Assembly: GCA_038496445.1 (NCBI GenBank)
Contig: JALMLS010000579.1
Coordinates: forward strand, 186,001 to 250,000
DNA length: 64,000 bases
Source of the DNA: Trichosphaerium sp. ATCC 40318
Taxonomy: Eukaryota > Protista > Tubulinea
Direction: 5' to 3'
Of the stretch, positions 55,901-64,000 are shown piece after piece. A program made the translations under genes and the position numbers. Under the pieces are notes generated by a model. That model did no database searches and was not told the origin of the DNA. It was given only the letters and a program-made list of their open reading frames with translations. How positions within the stretch are numbered: the first letter of the stretch is position 1; each line of letters begins with the position of its first letter.

Positions 55901-58900
55901 AGTAATTGGTACCTATCACCATCTACAGTAGGAGGTCTGAAAGTGAAATCAGAAAAGTCAGTTGAACTCAGGAAGGTTAAAAAAAAATTATACGTACGCG
56001 GTGAATGAGAATACTCTTAGCATCTTAGGTACAATTTTTACTTTTTTAGAGTTAAACTGAGAGCGACTGGATGGCATAAATCTACTTTTCATCATTTTAG
56101 GAGACTCTGACCGACTTGATATCTTTGAAACCTTCTTCTTCGGTGCTGCTTCTCTTTTTTTAGACATAACTTTCTCCTCTTTTGCTCTAGCTGAAGGCTG
56201 TGCTCTCTTAGATTTTGATTCCTTTGGTTTACGAGCTACTGGCATAGCCTTCTTCTTAGACTTAAATGCTGGCTTTGATTCTTTCTTTTTTGTCGGCCTT
56301 GGAGCAGATTCCACTGATCTTATTGACTCACTCTCAAGCATTATGCTGTTTTCTGGAATGGCACTATACTGTACTTCGCTACTGCAGTAGTCTAATTCTT
56401 CCAGTAAATAATCCTATAAAAACAAGAAAAGTTACATTAACATTAACCGGGTTGTCGACATACAGCTGGTATTGGTCTCTCTAGTTTCTGCAACGAATAA
56501 AACGTCAGTAACAGCATGAAAAAAAAGGTCTCATGGGGTTTGTTTGACTTACGCTAGCAATGTTCAATCCAGGCGCACAAGCTACAACTTGTTGTGCTTT
56601 AGATCCATGTTCTTTCATAAAAGCTTCAAGATCCACTTTGTTTTTTACAAAGACAAGTTTTCTCCAGCCCTAAGTTCTCATGTTATTATTTTTTTTGGAA
56701 AGAAACTACATGATGTTTGCGTACTTGAGTGCCGAGTAGTAAATCAATTGCAGTGTTTCCTTTTTCATCATGTTTAAGGTACACGTGGGCATCGAATAGT
56801 TCTTTGACTTCACCTTCCAAGTAAGCCATTTCTTGCAATCTAGGTGCCTTTTTTCGATTCTAAGGAAAACATTGGTCTTATAGTTCTTAATTCTCAATCC
56901 GAGCTATTGGGAATATTAGCTAATAAACGTACTTCTACCATCTCTAATACTGAGTTGTCAACAACTGTAGTTCCAATAGTTGCATCTCTATATTTGTACA
57001 CGTTAATCTTGGCAATGAGAAAACAAATAACGAAAATAACATACGCAAGAGGTTGTCCGTTTTCTCCTGTTGCATACAACAGAACACGAACTTTGTTCCT
57101 TGGTGCATATACACCTCTTTCAGGCATTATCGAAACATTTACATGTTTGGATGGTTGTCTAGAACACGTGATTAGAAAAGAAACTAAATGGCATCAACAA
57201 ACCTGTATACAAGTCTTTCAGCAACAGCAAGTCCAGTCCTCATCTCGTAAGCAGTGGCTCTTAGTACGCCCGCCGTTGATGTAGGAGGTGTGAAGAAAAG
57301 CTTAGCTGCCTTCTTGCCTGTGATATCAACTTTGACAGATAGAATCTCAGTGTCACGTTTAAACAAACCAACATAATAAGCCCCAGGTCCTAGACAAGCT
57401 TTAGTAAAACTAGAAATTAGCTAACACTCAAACTCACGTGTTGTCTGAAGTGTCATCTCGATAGATGTATCAGTAGTAACAAAAGCGCCTTTCTTTGTGT
57501 TCAATACAGCTCCTGAAGATTCGAACAAGCTCTACAATAAATTAGACACGTGTTTGAATTGGGTTGACAATCGTACTGGTTCAAGATAGATAAGTTGATC
57601 AACACCAGCTGGTTTCAAAATACGTAAAGCATATTTTGATCCTTTTTTGGGTTTAAATGTTAGTTTACCACGTCCTTCATGTTCAGTCTTGAAAGCAGTA
57701 ACTACTTTACTATAAAACAAGTTAGGTGGTTTACTCTACTAACAAAATAAACACGTGCCCGCTTCTTGCTCTCACTAACTCTCCTTCAATATCTCCTGGA
57801 TCTCCAGAAGGCGTAAAGCATTGCAAGTATAACCCACATTGCAATCCATGGATAAGAGAACCTGACTCTGGATACATACGAATATCGAGTTTCTAAAACA
57901 ACGTTTAGAAAAATCACTTCGATTGACACTCCATACCTTTAGAAGAATAGGAATAGTTTTAGCAGTAGACTCTACACTACCTCCATCTTCAACAATGAAC
58001 GTTAAACTGCCTTCACCAACCTCAATCTTGGCAGGAAGGTCAAAACTAACCATACAGTTTCCATCAGCGCCAACAGTTGTGTCACCTCTATCATCATAGT
58101 CAGATATATCGTTGCTGTGAGATCTAATACCTGTAAACTTCAGAGCCATCCACACGTGCAACTGCATTCACTTTTGCACCAACTGGAATGCCACCCTCAA
58201 CACGTGAAACCTGGAAAGAAGGTTAGCTTGAAGATAAAAGTAGTTGAGACATACAGTGAGTGAAGCTGAAGCTTTGTCTCCTGGTCCAAGTCCTTTACGT
58301 AAGAATTCAGCTTGTAAGTTAAGCTTTGGTGGTTGGTATTCTCTTATATCAAATTTTCTTTCTTGGGTTACAAGCACGCAGTCATTTGCCCTAAAGAACG
58401 TGTTAAGTTGCTTTTTCGAAAGACAAATCAACGCACATTCCAGCATCAAACTGTATAGTATACTCTCCGCCGGCCTTTCCTTTTGGAATCTTCCACTGAT
58501 GAGCAATGCAAGTAACGCCTTTGTTCTGGTTTTCGCCCTTGAGAGTAAATTCGTTGGAGCCTGTTCGAAAGAGCAAACATAGTGAGTATGATGTCAACTA
58601 TTTTAGACAAAAAACAAACGTTACCTGAAGGTCCTGTAATCTTTCCTTTAATCTGAGAAAGGTTCATTACATCTCCTCTGAGGGGTTCAAACGTATGAGC
58701 ATCAAGGTATGTGACTGTCAACAGATAATTAGTCACAAAACTTGATTGGTTTCAAGCATATTTAAGACATTACCTCTGATCCAAACTGTTTCCTCTGGTT
58801 TGTACAAAGGTTTATCTGTAGATACGTATCCAATGTATCTCTTCTTAGCATCTATGTTATAACTGGAAAATGAAGGAGTGACACCAAGAGTAAGAGAAGG

Positions 58901-60541
58901 TAGTGAAGTTTCAGCTATTGAAAAAACATTATTAATTTAAAGTTTTGTACGAATACAAAACAACTTCAGCTTACCTTCAGCATACTTAAACGGTGTGTAA
59001 ATACCACCTGTTGTATTGATGGTAACAACAGCATAGTGGTCAAAACCGATAGTTGGATAAACTGCCTTCTTAGGCAAAACAAAGTTGCTTGTTACAACCT
59101 TGACACCATTTTTGGTCCAGAACAATTTGTTGCCATAGATTCCGCAACCAATCACGTCACCCACGCCAAATGTATTCTTTAGAGATTGAGGTTTCTGCTC
59201 TCCATTGTAAAAGACTAAACCGAAGAATCAATTGAAATACGACTCAAAGGAACGGAAAAGAAGAAGAAAAGAAATCGATCGGAACGTACCATCTCCATCG
59301 TCGCTGTGGTATCCATAACTACCTTTCACCCATCCAGGGAATTTAGTGTCTGTAGGGAATGACTGTAAAGCATATCCAACACCAACAACACTATAAAAAA
59401 GTGAGATAATAGACTAGAGAAAATCCATAAAAACTATACCCAGAATCTCCTACACGTTTCATACTGACAATGGACACTTCGAAGTACTTCAACGAGTTTA
59501 GGAACTGTACTGCGTGTTCACCTCCGCGACCTGTCTTAGTAGGTCTAGAGCGTATAATAGATCCATTGACTATTGCACTATCACTATGACGTGTTCCTAA
59601 GCACACGGTAAACAAAAAAAAAAAGCCAAAGAAAAGTTAAAAAAAACTCACGTTCATTGTAAATCAGAGGTATCTGAAGCGTCCCTGTTGTCATGGTGAG
59701 TACAGCTTTGTTGTCAACACCAATACAAGGGAACAACTGAGGTCTAACAGATGGAGGTACTTTCTCAGGTGATTTACCAACACGTTCTCCGTTTAATGTC
59801 CTTTTAAACGCTTAGAAGACCTTCAGACGTTGAAATAGTGACTGTACCAGAACACAGTGCCATCTTTCTCTATACCACAGCCTACAACTGAACCCTCACC
59901 GTACTTTGTAGATAAATCAGAAGCAATGTCATTAAAATAGCTCTTTCCACTTTCACCATGGTAACCCCATGAACTAATGGCGTATAAATGTATGCTTGTC
60001 AAAAGATATTGTTTTTGAACGGTTTACTCAAATATAACGTTAAAACGCACTTTTTGGCCCAACCTGGGAAGTCATCAGTTAGCTCAATGTCCTTTGTAGC
60101 GTATCCAATGGCACAACCGCTATCTTATAGTCAAACAACTATTTTAGTCTAAAACTCGTATGTACCCTTCTCCTTTATCTCCTACGTGGAGTGACTTTAT
60201 GTTTACCTCATAATACGCGATATCCGCATTACAGAGTTGGAATACCTTTATTTATCAACAAAACTACCTTAAAACACTTCTAAAGTTGCTTACTTGCTCA
60301 GTTCCAGCTTCTTTAACATTTACAGATAGTTCAACGGCTTTTCCGCTTTCAAGCTTTTTAACAGAGTACGCCGAGCTTTGACGTGTACCCATCGCTATTA
60401 GTAGCTTCTTTTTATGGCTGGTTTTGTAAAACCACTTTGGAACCGAAAACCAAAGACCTTCAGGCGGATTCACTAAACGTTACATTAGTACGCGGTTCTC
60501 GTCGAAGCCTTCTGTTAACCAACAGCTGACTGTTTTTTCAT
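52992..60541 (-). CDS. SPRY-SPRY-alpha-2-macroglobulin/thioester-containing protein (many exons)
   Basis: Two SPRY domains (YYEV..GCAIGY..FPGWAKNSWGYHGESG..VVGCGI; YFEV..GVGY..FPGWVKGSYGYHSDDG..FGVGDVIGCG..FWTKNG..YPTIG); then YVSTDKPLYKPEETV (MG domain), RTEFKETLYWNA, thioester TPCGCFEQ (54871-54894), VETTGLAV, SWSTSQSTVQAL, PMVIAIIGLPGGLEP. Confidence 0.9.
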
Positions 60542-60838
60542 GCGTCATTTTCTGGTTTACATTAGCTTGTCTGAAATTATATCACGTGCACAAAACAAAA
60601 ACCATTATTAAGAAAATGCTATTCGCTTACGTTTAATTACATTAGTGACTTGAGAGATAACTAGCTCGAGTTTGCTGTAAACTCTTGGCAGTGCCACTCT
60701 ACCGTGATAATAACACAAGAAAGATAAGACACTTTTTTTAAAAGGTTAAAACGCTTTACAGTGTTTGAAACATAGATTGCTACTATGAAAATCGGACAGT
60801 ATACTTCAACCAATCCAACAAAAAAAACGATGGGCAGT

Positions 60839-61791
60839 TTACTCAGGTTCTTCTTCATCTTTTTTTGATTGCCATAATGACATGCTGTCTCTTAGCAGTC
60901 CTAGAATCATAGTCGTTTCTTTATAGTCATCATCATTTAATTCGTCTAGGTAATCTATTGAACCATCAAAGGCCTTCTTGGCAATAACATAAGCCTCATC
61001 TAAATTATTTAAAATCTCACCTTGAAACACACAAAAGCTATAAGTGAGTTCAAGGAGTATATGATTACTTGGTCTCATGTTACTTCTAGCCATCTTGAGC
61101 GCTTGCTTGTAAACTTCAAGTGCATTGTTTGTAGCATATGTACGCTCATCACCAATACTAATTTCGGCAATATAACGAAGATGATCACCCTTCATTTTCA
61201 TGTAAACTACTTTTGACTCAATGCTAGTTGACTTGGGTATAAGCTCTGTTGTTAGAATGTCTACAACCTCGTTGCAAATGTCTTTGAGCTCTCCTTCAAT
61301 CAGTTCACGGTATGCGTTTATCTTAGCTATCTTATAAGCACTTCCATCACTAGAGAAGTAACAAACGGAGTGAGCAATAAGAAAAGAAGTATGTCAAGCT
61401 TGTAGAAAAGTGAAAACAAAAAAGTGTAAAGGAACGCACGTCTCCACTTCTTTTACTTGCATGGACGATACTTTATGCCATGATGAACGTCTTAGCCTAA
61501 CGGTGTATTTGTACGCAATCAAGAACATCGTACGCTCGTCTCTTGATAACTCTAAACCAGCCAAAACCACTTTTTTCATTGCTTCAAGCATCTCTGGGTA
61601 ACGTTCCGCCTATTTTTTGTTTGTTGACAACGTTTGTAATCGTTTTTTTGGATTGATGCTGTTTTTGCGCTCTCTACGCCAAAGGGGTACTAACAGAGCC
61701 ATATACAACGACAAATAATAAAAAGCTTAATTTGAGCGCGTACTTGTTCAGCTAGGTATGCCATATACACGTTTTCTTCCCTTGGATCCAT
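60839..61791 (-). CDS. Divergent 14-3-3 protein
   Basis: REENVYMAYLAEQAERYPEM, AYK..RRSSW, ELKDICNEV, KMKGDHLRYIAE, AKKAFDGSI, YKETTMILGLLRDSMSLW. Confidence 0.9.
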
Positions 61792-62058
61792 TTAATTGGA
61801 TTGATTGGTTAATTCAGGTTAAAAATTTTCTGGCATGTGTTTCATTGAAAAACAACTTGTGGTTTTTGTTGTGTGACAACAGAAAACTCGCAATTTTCAC
61901 TACAATAGGCACATGATACAACAGCTTGGGAAAACAGTAGTTGAGGAGATTTTGACACCGCAAGCAATAGCGGAGAGATTCGATCAAACTGAGAAAACGT
62001 CGAAAGTTTGTTTACAACTCACAAAGTTTATTGAAAACTGTATTATTTTTATCTACCC

Positions 62059-63986
62059 TTAGAGTTTATACATACTCGTAATTTTGGCATATCTGGCCTT
62101 TTTTTTATAATAGCATACCATGGAGCAACCACCGAGTAAAAACAATAAGACTATCAAGAACCCAGCTTAAAAGAAAAAAAATTTAGCTTGTATTCTTTTT
62201 TGAGACACTTGTGACTTTCTACGCACTCGCGATTTGCCATGAAACTACGTCACGATGTATGGATTCAGGTGTCAATGGAGGGGCAGGTTTTTTCGTCGGC
62301 CCATTCCAACAATCTTCAATAACGTTGTTGCCATAATCATCAATTTTATCTAGTAACAAATGAGATATTTTAAGAAGTTTTTTGAGGATTACCTGCTGTA
62401 AAGAGTGTTGTATTGCAAACCAGTTTTGAGATGTACATAACTGCTAAATCGGCTTTACGTCCTAAGTTGTCAGAATCTAAAGAAACCAAAGTTAAAACAG
62501 CTTCAAAAAGAAAATGAAAACTTTACATGATAAGCCGTCGCATAATCTAGCGTTTGCTCCATTTCCCAAGTATATAACTGAAGTATCTTGTGAGAAGAAA
62601 GAATCATACAGTTTCTATAGCATACCTCCACCACTGCCCATTGCACTATTCTTTACAAAAGAAGTATGCTCTACAGTCTACAACGCAAATGAGATGTAAA
62701 GGCTTCACTGAGGCTTTTAGCATGGTTTCTAAACTTACCGCTGTTACGTTATATAAGCATAAAGCTCCTCCCTGATCAGCTCTACGATTGGGTAAGACTT
62801 GAGAATTATAGAACCAAACTACTTACAGATTCCTTTCGAAATGAGAATTTGTTATTTTTAAGGTTCCATACGCTTCCATTGCATTGAAGTAAATTGCAGC
62901 GCCACGATTAGTACTACCATCCTATGTATCGAAATATTAGATGTTTGCAAATGGCACAATATGGACAGTGCACGTGATTTAAATTAAGATAATCGTAAAA
63001 AACTAAGAAAGCAAGGAAATACCTTTGTATTGAAGTTGGTGTTGCCAATGAACGTGCAGTTGTCTATGTTAGCTTCCATTCCAATTGTATGTCCAGTTTG
63101 AATTGATACACCACTTCCATCGAGATATCTACCCATTCCCTTATTGTAAGAGAAGACACTACCAGTTATGTTGACTCTACCACCGTTCCACACATTTATT
63201 GGGTTTCCTAAAGACCTAAATACATAAACTCAGTGAACAGTGATGTTTCTTACTTTGTGAATATGCAATTATGAACGCTGAGATTAACTTTGAAAGCATA
63301 AACACTGAGAACACCAGTCTGGTAAGGACGACACTTGTCAAATATAAGTCCAGATAGTGTTATTTGTGAGTTGTCTAACACATTTAGTTAAAAATGTTGG
63401 GCTTTATTTTGAGGTTGTACGCGATGATCTGAATCCACCAATATTGTATGCGCAAGATATATTAGCCTGCACATTTGTAAATAAGTTTTCGAAAAAACAA
63501 CAAAACTGTGCGTGCTTTTGGTTCCAAATTCACGTTTTCGGGTGTACCGCCAATAATACGAAAATCTTTTGCGATAGAGTAATAAGGGCCGTTTGGACAC
63601 CCGCCACAGGTTCCAGACATTTCCACACCATAATTTTTAGCTCCTATTGGAGTGTTTACATAGTGTTGGTAAAAACGCGATTTATACCTGAATAAACTCC
63701 ATCCAAAGCGTATATGGTCGTTACGTTAATTGGTTCGGTTGGATTTACTTTATGGCAAGTGGCAACACATGTAGCATCAAGTAATGACCCGCAAGGCCTT
63801 TAACAATAACAGTTGGCACAAAAAACCCATAGTAGTAAATTAATGGTCGCACGTTTCTTTGGAGCCACAATCTGGTGCTGTAGCGCTACTGGATGGCGAC
63901 AGGTATATTATTTCTAGTGCTGTGATATTTACAATGCCTAATGACAACAGTAATAGTACAATAACTGTTAATGAGTTGCTTCTCAT
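62059..63986 (-). CDS. Type I membrane protein with pectin-lyase-like/Pmp-like beta-helix repeats
   Basis: Signal peptide MRSNSLTVIVLLLLSLGIV; FxxN and GGA/GAAI motifs (NCTFIGN, RGAAIYF, QGGALCL, GGGML); C-terminal TM helix plus basic tail. 3' end approximate. Confidence 0.7.
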
Positions 63987-64000
63987 TTGTTATTTTTCTA

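Overview
A compact, AT-rich eukaryotic genomic window with many short (mostly 40-60 nt) spliceosomal introns, GTACGT/GTAAGT/GTATGT-type donors, some GC-AG introns and the standard genetic code. The gene content (LRR-dual-specificity phosphatase, Zn2Cys6 factor, F-box-RasGEF, PH-CH-CH) suggests a free-living protist, probably an amoebozoan (inference). I reconstructed about 30 genes by hand-splicing, so gene ends are approximate where stated. Recognisable genes include DMC1, INO80, NSE3/MAGE, an M17 aminopeptidase, a peroxisomal 4CL-like ligase and a divergent 14-3-3. Four features stand out. (1) An iodothyronine-deiodinase-like selenoprotein missed by the ORF track, with in-frame TGA in GSYT-U-PPF and a clear SECIS in its 3' UTR. 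(2) A 7.5-kb gene encoding two SPRY domains fused to a full alpha-2-macroglobulin/complement-like thioester protein (PCGCFEQ) with no signal peptide, i.e. a candidate cytosolic recognition-plus-covalent-tagging protein. (3) Directly downstream, an intron-containing, signal-peptide-bearing phage tail-collar/needle protein of bacterial type. (4) An intronless, frameshifted F-box-like + MORN-variant repeat relic resembling giant-virus genes.
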